A stretch of 64,000 nt of DNA, from positions 96,001-160,000 of the forward strand of contig CAVUGN010000002.1 in assembly GCA_963741095.1 (NCBI GenBank), given 5' to 3'. Positions 27,523 through 36,188 of this stretch are shown here, in pieces (the stretch's first letter is position 1; the number at the start of each line of letters is the position of its first letter). The position numbers and the translations under genes are program-made. The notes beneath the pieces were generated by a model that saw only the letters and a list, made by a program, of their open reading frames with translations, ran no database searches and was not told the origin of the DNA. This DNA comes from an uncultured Candidatus Micrarchaeota archaeon. Lineage in GTDB: Archaea; Micrarchaeota; Micrarchaeia; Micrarchaeales; Micrarchaeaceae.

Positions 27523-28119
27523 GTGGATGCTACGAAAGCCTACATTCTAAGCGAGAACGAATCCCATGGAATAGCTCTGGCGAACGTCGTGAACGCCGCG
27601 GGCAACACCGCAATAATGGAGGAGCACGAGTCCGAGAGCTACACGGACCTGATTGACGATGCGGTGGAGAGCCTTGGCAACGACTATGACCTCACCATAC
27701 TTGTCACCAGAAAGCCCTTCGAGGCGAGCATAGCCGCGAACAAGACCAACAAGCTCAGGGCCGTGGTGTGCCGGACTCAGGCAGACGCATCAAAGGCAAG
27801 GCAGGCCAGGGCGAACATCGTGATCATGGACGACGGCGAGTTCACCAAGACGAGCGCCTCTGGGATAATGCGCGGCTGGATAGGCTCCGCGCCAGACTCT
27901 TCGGAAGAAGAGGAAGAGCCGGAGAAGGGCATCAGCATAACCGAGATGGGGCAGAGCGCAATCAGCGCGCTCAATTCGAAGATTGGCATGATAAAAAAGC
28001 CGTCGCGCCAGAAGGCCAGGGCCAAGTCCGAAAGCAAGGACGAAGACGATGACGACATCCAGAAGCCCAAGGGCGGCGGGCTGATAAAGAACATCAAGTA
28101 CATGTTCGGCATCGAGTGA
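27523..28119 (+). CDS. RpiB/LacAB-fold protein lacking catalytic residues
   Basis: ASIAANKTNKLRAVVC...ASKARQ.RANIV matches RpiB, but the CGTG loop reads TRKP. Charged C-terminal tail. Confidence 0.65.
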   Translation: MDATKAYILSENESHGIALANVVNAAGNTAIMEEHESESYTDLIDDAVESLGNDYDLTILVTRKPFEASIAANKTNKLRAVVCRTQADASKARQARANIVIMDDGEFTKTSASGIMRGWIGSAPDSSEEEEEPEKGISITEMGQSAISALNSKIGMIKKPSRQKARAKSESKDEDDDDIQKPKGGGLIKNIKYMFGIE

Positions 28120-28163
28120 GCGGATACTCGCCCGGGCAATGCGAATTTAATATCTCCCCGCGC

Positions 28164-29075
28164 ATGTTAACTACGAAAAGTGGGCAATTGTCACCTCAAA
28201 AAAACCTAAAGGAAGTGTCGATAGCAGGATGCAGGGACGAAATAACCGATTACACCATATACACAAGGCTCTCGAACATAGGCAAAGACAAAAAACTTGC
28301 CGGCATCTTCTCAAGATTGGCGGCCACAGAACACAAGCATTACCTGTTCTGGAGCCGGTACTGCAAAGGTGTGGAAGTCCATCCGGACACCCCCAAAATC
28401 TACTTCATGCTTTTCCTGCGGCATGTGCTCGGCGCTGCTTTCGTCGTAAAATACCTCGAAAGCACTGAGGCGACCGCGGTCAGAAACTACAACTCCATAA
28501 GATCTCTGATACCAAAGAAGGACGAGAAACTGCTCGACGCAATCATCAAAGACGAAGAGGAGCACGAGAAGGCGATCGCGGACCAGATCCAGGGATCATA
28601 CATAAAATACATCTCGTTCATCGTGCTCGGCCTTGCGGATGCGCTGGTCGAGGTCACAGCCATATTCACCGGATCACTGGGCGTTTACCACTCTACAACG
28701 CTGACCGGCCTTGCCGGAATAATAGCCGGGGCGGCAGCATCAATCTCGATGGCCTCTGCAGCATACCTACAGGCGAAGCAGGGGTTCAAGGGCTCACCGT
28801 TCATAGCCGCGGCGTACACCGGCTCGTCGTACTTCCTTAGCACTCTCGTTCTTGCGATGCCCTACTTCCTGACCAGCACCATGTACAACGCAATGGCGAT
28901 ATCAATAGCGCTCTGCGTCCTGATAATCGCCTCGGTGAGCTGGTACAACTCCATACTCACGGGAAGCAACTTCAAGAAGGATTTCACCGAGCTGGCCGGC
29001 ATAATGTTCGTGACCGCCATAATACTCTTCATCATCGGCCTGCTGATACGCAACGCCTTCGGCATAGTGGTATGA
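28164..29075 (+). CDS. Rubrerythrin-like + VIT1/CCC1 iron transporter fusion
   Basis: Di-iron ExxH motifs (EHKH, EEEH), then VLGLADALVE and IAGAAASISMASAAYL. Start codon uncertain. Confidence 0.85.
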   Translation: MLTTKSGQLSPQKNLKEVSIAGCRDEITDYTIYTRLSNIGKDKKLAGIFSRLAATEHKHYLFWSRYCKGVEVHPDTPKIYFMLFLRHVLGAAFVVKYLESTEATAVRNYNSIRSLIPKKDEKLLDAIIKDEEEHEKAIADQIQGSYIKYISFIVLGLADALVEVTAIFTGSLGVYHSTTLTGLAGIIAGAAASISMASAAYLQAKQGFKGSPFIAAAYTGSSYFLSTLVLAMPYFLTSTMYNAMAISIALCVLIIASVSWYNSILTGSNFKKDFTELAGIMFVTAIILFIIGLLIRNAFGIVV

Positions 29076-29173
29076 GAAATCCACGATGGACGTGCAATTT
29101 CCGAATGAAAGTAAAAAACAGGGCAGATAGGTTTAAAATACTTTCAAATCGCAAAATTACCTTAGTGCAAGTG

Positions 29174-30994
29174 ATGAGCAGCCAGGACAGTGTGTATGCT
29201 GAAGGGGTGAAAGACGATTCAACCAGCCAGAAGTCTGCGTCTTCGAACAACCCTGCTTCTACCGATCCGGCGCTCGCCCCGTACCACAGGACCATCGAAG
29301 AGATAGAGCGCATGCCCATAGTGGACCGGACCACAACCATCTGCCCGGAGTGCAAGCTGCTCATAGAGGGCATACTCTACAAGGACGAAGAGAACGTCAT
29401 GATAAGGAAGCGATGCCCGGAACACGGGTGGACCATCGAGAAGTACTGGGAAGACTACGACATGTACATGAAGATGAGGAATTACGGCTATTCTGGAAGG
29501 GGATTCGACAATCCAAACTACACCACCGACACGAAGGGCGCGAACTGCCCGTTCGACTGCGGCATGTGTGAGCGCCACAAGACGCACACTGGACTGGCCA
29601 ACGTCGTCGTGACCAACAGGTGCCACATGTCCTGCTGGTACTGCTTCTTCTTCGCAAAGGAGGGCGAGCCGATATACGAGCCGAACCTCGACGAGATAAG
29701 GAAGATGTTCAAGAACCTGAAAAACCAGAAGCCCATCTCGACAAATGCGATACAGATAACCGGCGGCGAGCCGACGATGCACCCGCAGATACTCGACATA
29801 GTGCGGATGGCAAAAGAGGAGGGGTTCGACCAGGTGCAGCTCAACACCACCGGAATAAACATCGGGCTCAATCCCGACCTTGCATACCAGCTGAAGCATG
29901 CTGGCACGAGCACGCTCTACATGAGCTTCGACGGCGTGTCGAAGAGGACAAACCCGAAGAACCATTGGGAGATACCGATGATTCTCGATGCCGCGAAGAA
30001 ATCCAAGCTCGGCGTGGTGCTTGTACCCGCAGTCATAAGGACCGTGAACGAGCACGAGCTGGGGGCTATGATAAATTTCGCGCTCAACAATCTGGATGTG
30101 GTAAGGGCTGTAAACTTCCAGCCCGTCTCTCTGGTGGGCAGGATGCCGACCGGGATGAGGGAGAAGCAGAGAATAACGATACCCGGCGCGATAAAGCTGA
30201 TAGAGCAGCAGACGAACGGTGTGATAAAGAGGCAGGACTGGTTCACGGTGCCCTACGTGGGCAGCGTAAACATGTTCATCGAGGCACTCACGGGCGAATA
30301 CAAGTACGACCTGTCGGTGCATTTCGCGTGCGGCGCGGGCTGCTACCTCTTCCTGGATTCAGACAACAAGATCATACCCCTGACGGAGTTCGTCGACGCC
30401 CCGGGGCTCTTCGAGTACATCAACAACGCCACCAAGGAGATGGAGGGGAAGGGCAAGCTCGCAAGAAAGGCCATAGCCATGAAGGCGCTGCTCGGCCTCG
30501 GCAAGTTCATAGACCGGACGAAGCAGCCGAAGAGCGTCAACTTCACCGAACTGCTAAAGTCCATATTCCTGAAGCATGACTTCTCGGCCATGGGCAAGTT
30601 CCACATGAAGAGCCTGTTCCTCGGCATGATGCACTTCCAGGACGAGTACAACTATGACGTGCACCGGGTGGAGAAATGCGGCGTCCATTACGCGATGCCC
30701 GACGGCGAGGTGCTTCCATTCTGCACATTCAACATCTTCCCCGAAATCTACAGGGACAAGATACAAAAGCAGTACAGCACTCCTGCTGGCGAGTGGCAGA
30801 AAACCCACCCGGGCTGGTCCTACTCGAAGGACAAGTACATCAGGAACATCAAGCAACTTGAGTCATCAAGGGCTTACCGGAAGACTTACGGCAGCAAGCT
30901 CGAAGATTATTTCGCACTGCCGATAAACGGCGGAAAGCCCGTGGCGAACTTCATGCTGGGCAAGCTGGAAGGACAGAAAAGCGGTGACAAATGA
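29174..30994 (+). CDS. tes: Radical SAM tetraether lipid synthase homologue (Tes / GDGT-MAS, MJ0619-like)
   Basis: Rubredoxin-like CPEC...CPEHG, auxiliary CPFDCGMC, radical SAM TNRCHMSCWYC, NFQPVS, HFACG and C-terminal MHFQDEYNYDVHRVEKCGVHY...PFC. Confidence 0.88.
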   Translation: MSSQDSVYAEGVKDDSTSQKSASSNNPASTDPALAPYHRTIEEIERMPIVDRTTTICPECKLLIEGILYKDEENVMIRKRCPEHGWTIEKYWEDYDMYMKMRNYGYSGRGFDNPNYTTDTKGANCPFDCGMCERHKTHTGLANVVVTNRCHMSCWYCFFFAKEGEPIYEPNLDEIRKMFKNLKNQKPISTNAIQITGGEPTMHPQILDIVRMAKEEGFDQVQLNTTGINIGLNPDLAYQLKHAGTSTLYMSFDGVSKRTNPKNHWEIPMILDAAKKSKLGVVLVPAVIRTVNEHELGAMINFALNNLDVVRAVNFQPVSLVGRMPTGMREKQRITIPGAIKLIEQQTNGVIKRQDWFTVPYVGSVNMFIEALTGEYKYDLSVHFACGAGCYLFLDSDNKIIPLTEFVDAPGLFEYINNATKEMEGKGKLARKAIAMKALLGLGKFIDRTKQPKSVNFTELLKSIFLKHDFSAMGKFHMKSLFLGMMHFQDEYNYDVHRVEKCGVHYAMPDGEVLPFCTFNIFPEIYRDKIQKQYSTPAGEWQKTHPGWSYSKDKYIRNIKQLESSRAYRKTYGSKLEDYFALPINGGKPVANFMLGKLEGQKSGDK

Positions 30995-31617
30995 TGGACA
31001 GGAGAGACGCACCCATGGCAACGGGCCCCAACGAAGCCGCACAAGGATCCAATCTCGGCCCCTACGTGATCGAGGACGGGAAGCAGTACCGCATGCCATA
31101 CGGGATCGTGAGGAAGGCGACCTTCTCAAACCTAAAGAAGGCCGAGCTTATGGACACACCGCACTCGGCGAGGCTCCAGTACCGGCTTATGCTTCTCGGA
31201 GCGGTGATAAAAGCCGCAGTTGATTTCGACGACGCGCGAATAACAATAATCTACAATCCAAGCAACGCGGACAACAGGAGCGATAAGACGACTCTGGGCG
31301 AATTGATAGGTGCGCTCTCAAAGGAAGGGGTCAAAACTGATCAAGCCAGCACCAGCGACACCGATTACGACTACTACAAGGACATCTACACCTACTCCTA
31401 CAACCCGAAGACCATAAAGGAGAGCCCGCCCTACGGCTACACCGAAACTGAGTGGTCCAAGATGCGCGCAAAGTGGCAGAAAAAGATGGAAGAATCCAAG
31501 ATCAAGAAGCAGGCGAAGTTCAGGCTCTGGCAGGAAAACTATCTAAACTCGAAATCGGGCATCACGCAGAAGATAGCCGAAGAGCATGCGAACGAAGCCG
31601 CGAGCACGACCGACTGA
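30991..31617 (+). CDS. Hypothetical protein, HMA-like fold without CxxC, coupled to tes
   Basis: ATGA overlap with the tes stop. L..VIKAAVDFDDARITIIYNP...LIGALSKEGV resembles an HMA domain. Confidence 0.6.
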   Translation: MMDRRDAPMATGPNEAAQGSNLGPYVIEDGKQYRMPYGIVRKATFSNLKKAELMDTPHSARLQYRLMLLGAVIKAAVDFDDARITIIYNPSNADNRSDKTTLGELIGALSKEGVKTDQASTSDTDYDYYKDIYTYSYNPKTIKESPPYGYTETEWSKMRAKWQKKMEESKIKKQAKFRLWQENYLNSKSGITQKIAEEHANEAASTTD

Positions 31618-31619
31618 GG

Positions 31620-33272
31620 TCAGTTCTTGCGCATGTGGCCCATCCTCATCTCCGCCGCGACCACCGGTTCCTCCAGCTTGAAATTCTCCAGCACCTGCGG
31701 GGCTATCTCACCGAAGTAACCCACGACATCATTGCCTATGCTCATTCTTGCGCACCGGCCTTTTATGAAAGCGGGGTCGTCGAAGTCCTCTATCGAGTAT
31801 TTGCCGCCGCCGATGTGCCTCATTATCGCCTCGACCACGGATTTGATCTCCGCGAAATTGGCCTTCGAATGCTCGCTGACAATGCCCATGAGGTGGGTCT
31901 CCTTCACCTTGCCCTTCTCGACGCTGAACGCGCTTCCGATCTCGAAAAGCCTTTGCGGCATGCGCTCGTGCGCGGACTGGCCGAGGTTCTGCAGCAGCTG
32001 CGGCAGGATCGATGTCCTGAGCATTGTCGTGACCTCGGTCTTCGCGTAGGCCACGCTGACAACAGATTCCGGATTGGACTTCCGCGCGACGCTGTCGAAG
32101 TTCAGCCTCTCGCTTGTAAGGTAGGTGTTCATGGCCTCGGAGAAGCCGAGCCCCACCATGAGCCGCGATGTGCTGTTGAAATACTCCTGGTAGTCTTCTG
32201 GCACGCCTGTCGAGAAGCCTCCGACCGGCAGCGGCTGGATCTTGCCATAGCCGTACGCGATCGCGATGTCCTCTATCACATCCTGCTCGTTGAGCACGTC
32301 GAGCCTGTAGGGCGGCACGTCGATCAGTATGTAATTCCCGTATTTCACCGCGGTGTTGCCCATCCTGTTGGCAAGGCCTATCATCATGCCGTCATCTATC
32401 ATCGCGCCTATGGTCTTGTCCACCGAGAACTTCCTGATGCGGAACTCCTTGTAAGACAGTTGGGGGGTGAGCATGATCCTGTTCTTGTACACTATCTCGC
32501 ACGGCAGCACCTCGGCTCCGGCGTCGATGAAGGAGCAGGCAATCATGCCCAGCGCATCCACGACCGCGTTTATGGAAGTTCCGGTCAATTCGACCAGCAG
32601 ATTCCTTGTGCTGCCCATGACCCTTGTCAGATTGGAGTTTGTTATCGGTATCAGCGAGAGCACGTCCTTCGAATCGGACAGGAACGGATAGAGCGCCTTC
32701 GGGTTGTTTGCCGTGACGATGTCGCCGTATTCGACGCCCTTGCCGTGGTTCTTTATGACCTCCTCGAACGTCATCTTCCTGCTGTCCCCGAGCGGGACGA
32801 ACTCCCCTTTGTGCGCCGCGTCGTAGACCAGCGGGCCCTTGATGACATCAAGATTGTGGAGGCCTATGGCAAGCTTCCTCCTCCTCCTGCCGTAAGTGTC
32901 GCAGAGCTTCTCGGTGAAATTTATCAGGTACTTCAGCTTGTCGCCGCTCAGGTCCGCGTTCCTGACCACCATCGCCGCTATGTACGGCCTCAGGGACTTG
33001 ACCGCCTTCCCCACGGTTACCCGCATTGCGGGCTCTTTGCCTATGCTGTAAACATTCTCTTTTGGAGTGCTCCTTTCGGAGAAGGACATGAGTGCCCTCC
33101 TGAACCCGACAATGTCGAGCAGGTCGGGCCTGTTGGGCGTTATGTCCATCGTCACCTCCCCGTCCTTGATGTCCTCCACCTCCATTCCCAAAGATTCCAC
33201 TAGCTTTGTCAGCCTGTCCGCATCGGCGCCAAAATCGCCGAGGTCCTTCATCGAATAGGTTATCGTAGCCAT
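31620..33272 (-). CDS. pheT: Phenylalanine--tRNA ligase beta subunit
   Basis: DITPNRPDLL, RRKLAIGLHNLD, PPYRLDVL...EDIAIAYGY and LRTSILPQLL. Confidence 0.96.
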   Translation of the reverse strand: MATITYSMKDLGDFGADADRLTKLVESLGMEVEDIKDGEVTMDITPNRPDLLDIVGFRRALMSFSERSTPKENVYSIGKEPAMRVTVGKAVKSLRPYIAAMVVRNADLSGDKLKYLINFTEKLCDTYGRRRRKLAIGLHNLDVIKGPLVYDAAHKGEFVPLGDSRKMTFEEVIKNHGKGVEYGDIVTANNPKALYPFLSDSKDVLSLIPITNSNLTRVMGSTRNLLVELTGTSINAVVDALGMIACSFIDAGAEVLPCEIVYKNRIMLTPQLSYKEFRIRKFSVDKTIGAMIDDGMMIGLANRMGNTAVKYGNYILIDVPPYRLDVLNEQDVIEDIAIAYGYGKIQPLPVGGFSTGVPEDYQEYFNSTSRLMVGLGFSEAMNTYLTSERLNFDSVARKSNPESVVSVAYAKTEVTTMLRTSILPQLLQNLGQSAHERMPQRLFEIGSAFSVEKGKVKETHLMGIVSEHSKANFAEIKSVVEAIMRHIGGGKYSIEDFDDPAFIKGRCARMSIGNDVVGYFGEIAPQVLENFKLEEPVVAAEMRMGHMRKN

Positions 33273-33279
33273 GCGAACA

Positions 33280-34752
33280 CTATATCTCAATCTTGGGCCT
33301 GCTCCTCAGCCACCCAATGTCATTCCTGTAGATGTCCGTTATCGATTCGACGCCGGAAAAGTTCATGAGCAGCCTTTCCAGGCCCGCGCCCCACGCCAGC
33401 ACCGTCTTGCTCGTGCCCATCGCCTTCGTTATCTCCTTCCTTATTATGCCAGCGCCGCAGAGCTCCATCGTGTTCTTGCGCTTTTCATCATAGCGATAGA
33501 TCTCCAGGCCCGGCTCCACGAATGGGAAATAGGCTGGTTTTACCCGTATGTCGTCAAAGCCGAACTGCGAGTAGAAGCGCTTCAGCGTGTCTATCAGATT
33601 GGCGAAGGTCAGGTTGTTCCCTATTATTATCCCATCGGTGTGGTAGAACTCGGCCAGGTGCCTGTAGTCTATGCTCTCGTTCCTGTACACCCTGCCCACG
33701 GAAAAGAGCTTTATCGGATAGCTGCTCTCCACCGCATTGGCGAATTTCCTTATGTGCCTTGCCGATACGCTGGTGGTGTGCGTCCTCAGCAGCGCCTGTT
33801 TTGCGAGATCCTCCCGCCATTCCTCCTTCCATCCCCCCTCATGGGCCTTCTTGACCCTGCCCAGCATCTCAACGTCCTCTATGTCGATCTGCTTGGGGTT
33901 CGAAAGGAAGAAGGTGTCCTGCATGTCCCTGGTCGGATGGTCCTGCGGCGAGAAGAGGGCGTCAAAGACCCAGAAGGCGCTCTCGACTATCGGCCCCTCC
34001 ATCTCAGAGAAGCCCATGTTAAGCCACGCGCTCCTCACAATGTCTATGAACTCGTGCATCATGTGCTGCCTGGCCGGATAGAACGTCTCAGAACTTGCGT
34101 TAACATCATACTTTTTGAATTCCTTCCCGACCCAGCTCCTGCTGAGTATCATCTCCCTTGTCAGCTCGCCCATGCCCCCTTCGGGTTTTGTGCCGCTGAG
34201 CTTTATGCCGATATCAGTGATCTCTATGCTGCTTATCCTCTCGCGCTCCTTGACGCGCAACAATCCTCTCTTCACGAGCGTGTCCGCATCCGCCTTGTTC
34301 TTCTCCAGCAACGGTCCGACCTTCCCTTCGTCCGCTTTCGCTATGCTCTCCAGCAACTTCCTCTGCGGGTATTCCGTGCCGCCCGCAGCCACACTCTCTC
34401 CAGTTTTGGTGAGCTTTGCATAGCCCTCGCGCATCTCTATCCAATTGTTCTTCTTTGCCCACAGGAGCGCTACGTTGTCCTTTATGTCGCCAATCCTTTC
34501 ACGGCCCTTCTTGCCGATTGATTTCGCCAGCGCCTCTTCCGGGAACGATTCCAGATACTCCTTGCCCTCGTTGACGATGTCGACCTGGTAGGTCCTGACC
34601 TTCGATACCTTGACCGCTCCGCTCTTCGACAGCCCGTCAAGGGCCCACAGGGTCGCATCGGCGTCCAGGCCGAGATCCTCCTCGACCTCCTCAAGGCTGG
34701 ATATTCTCTTCTCCTTGAGCAGTTTCAATATCCTGGTCTCATGCTCGTGCAA
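33280..34752 (-). CDS. pheS: Phenylalanine--tRNA ligase alpha subunit
   Basis: FDALFSPQDHPTRDMQDTF, LRTHTT, YRNE..D..HLAEF, YFPFVEP and AWGAGLERL. Confidence 0.96.
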   Translation of the reverse strand: MHEHETRILKLLKEKRISSLEEVEEDLGLDADATLWALDGLSKSGAVKVSKVRTYQVDIVNEGKEYLESFPEEALAKSIGKKGRERIGDIKDNVALLWAKKNNWIEMREGYAKLTKTGESVAAGGTEYPQRKLLESIAKADEGKVGPLLEKNKADADTLVKRGLLRVKERERISSIEITDIGIKLSGTKPEGGMGELTREMILSRSWVGKEFKKYDVNASSETFYPARQHMMHEFIDIVRSAWLNMGFSEMEGPIVESAFWVFDALFSPQDHPTRDMQDTFFLSNPKQIDIEDVEMLGRVKKAHEGGWKEEWREDLAKQALLRTHTTSVSARHIRKFANAVESSYPIKLFSVGRVYRNESIDYRHLAEFYHTDGIIIGNNLTFANLIDTLKRFYSQFGFDDIRVKPAYFPFVEPGLEIYRYDEKRKNTMELCGAGIIRKEITKAMGTSKTVLAWGAGLERLLMNFSGVESITDIYRNDIGWLRSRPKIEI

Positions 34753-34761
34753 CGCAGCACC

Positions 34762-35526
34762 CTATTTTCCCGCCTTCAGGTACGTGTAAAGGATGAACGC
34801 CACTATGGCCGCGGCTATTATCACATACACAAATATGCCAAGCGTTTTGTATATCCCAAGGAAGAAGTTCGTGACCTCCGTCTGTACGCCCTCGGTCATC
34901 ACGAACGCCAGCGTGAACTTCGACAGCGGCTCCCCGGAAGACCACGACATGCTGGTCGTGTTCGCGTAGTTGTTGGTGAACGCGGAAGTCGGGTAATCCG
35001 GAAGCGGGTACACGGTCTTCACGACTGCTCCGCCAGGCAGGTTTATCGTCAGGGTCGTGTTGCGGTTCAGGAACTCGCCGTTGGATCCGTGCTGAAAATT
35101 GAAGACCTTGGGCTGCAGCGTGTACAGGAAGGTTCTCGGAGCCGTCTGGTTGACCGTTGTCACGTTGCCTATGGTGTAGCTGAGGAGCACGTAGGCGATG
35201 TTCTGGTTGTTCATGTTCACAACCGGTCCGGGGAAGAACCTGAAATTGTATATTCCGCCGTTCGGGTTTATTATGTGCTCCACGAGCGATGAGCCTATTA
35301 TGGACTGCCAGTTGCTGAGCGTTAGATTCAGCGCGACCCTGCTGGTCGAGTACTGATTGACGGAATCGTTGCTTATTATGACGGTGAGCATCTCGTTGAC
35401 CTGCGCGCTTGTGTTCCGGTTCAGGTTCATCGTAACGTTGAGATGGCTGACTGTGTAGGTCGCATTTGCAACCGGAAGAAAAAGCGCAGCAAGGGCAAAG
35501 AACAGAAGGATATTCGCTCTCATCAA
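34762..35526 (-). CDS. Secreted protein with C-terminal TM anchor
   Basis: Signal peptide, Asn/Thr-rich beta domain with many sequons, C-terminal TM. Confidence 0.75.
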   Translation of the reverse strand: MMRANILLFFALAALFLPVANATYTVSHLNVTMNLNRNTSAQVNEMLTVIISNDSVNQYSTSRVALNLTLSNWQSIIGSSLVEHIINPNGGIYNFRFFPGPVVNMNNQNIAYVLLSYTIGNVTTVNQTAPRTFLYTLQPKVFNFQHGSNGEFLNRNTTLTINLPGGAVVKTVYPLPDYPTSAFTNNYANTTSMSWSSGEPLSKFTLAFVMTEGVQTEVTNFFLGIYKTLGIFVYVIIAAAIVAFILYTYLKAGK

Positions 35527-35646
35527 AACGCACCATAAATTTGATATACCTATTGATGCGCACCTTTATTAAATAGCTTTTGTCCCTTTTTCCGCCTCCC
35601 AGCAAAGCAGTTAAATATCTTGTAGGAGATAAAAATACGTGATTGA

Positions 35647-36063
35647 ATGATAACAGGATTCAACATCTTAGGCGTAGAGGGACACATCGACTCCTCAAAT
35701 GCACTGCTAAAGCAGAGATTCCCAAGGCTCAACGTGAACCTCGAAAAGGTCGAGATGAGCGGGGACAAGCTGAACGTCGGCTATTCGTTCGATGCGGACT
35801 ACCTTGACGGCGAAGGCAAGGACGCGAAGAAGGTCGGCCACATAAAGCTTTCCGGCACGGTGGAAGTCACTGAATCGAAGGACTCCATCGCGAGCATAAT
35901 GAAGAAATGGAACGACACGCACATGCTCCCGGTCCAGATGGCCGAGGAGATCGTGAACGGCCTGAACTTCAGGTGCGGAGCCACCGGAACGCTGGTTGCA
36001 TACTCGTTGGGGCTGATACCGCCATTGGTAATAAGCACCACAAAGATACAGGAGCAGAAGTGA
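35647..36063 (+). CDS. Conserved-looking hypothetical protein, possible SecB-like fold
   Basis: Four beta strands then two helices, ending in LGLIPPL; directly upstream of polB. Confidence 0.6.
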   Translation: MITGFNILGVEGHIDSSNALLKQRFPRLNVNLEKVEMSGDKLNVGYSFDADYLDGEGKDAKKVGHIKLSGTVEVTESKDSIASIMKKWNDTHMLPVQMAEEIVNGLNFRCGATGTLVAYSLGLIPPLVISTTKIQEQK

Positions 36064-36188
36064 TGGCGCCTCGCACCTTTTGGTGTGGACCATCCTTTTC
36101 CTTGAAAGCAGCCAGTTTCGGCTGCAATTTTTAATTCCCTGCCTGACGAGAGGCTGTGTATTAATAATTTCGCAGGCAATAGGCTATC

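Noticed and set aside
29174-30994. Annotation as MoaA or a methanopterin methyltransferase
   Set aside because: The N-terminal rubredoxin-like and auxiliary cluster motifs and the C-terminal region fit the Tes/GDGT-MAS family, whose older annotation was revised.
31452-33203. Long antisense ORFs (583 aa here; also 33271-34521, 29219-30322, 10979-11827, 57110-57928)
   Set aside because: They mirror well-supported genes on the opposite strand, have no motifs and are explained by codon bias.
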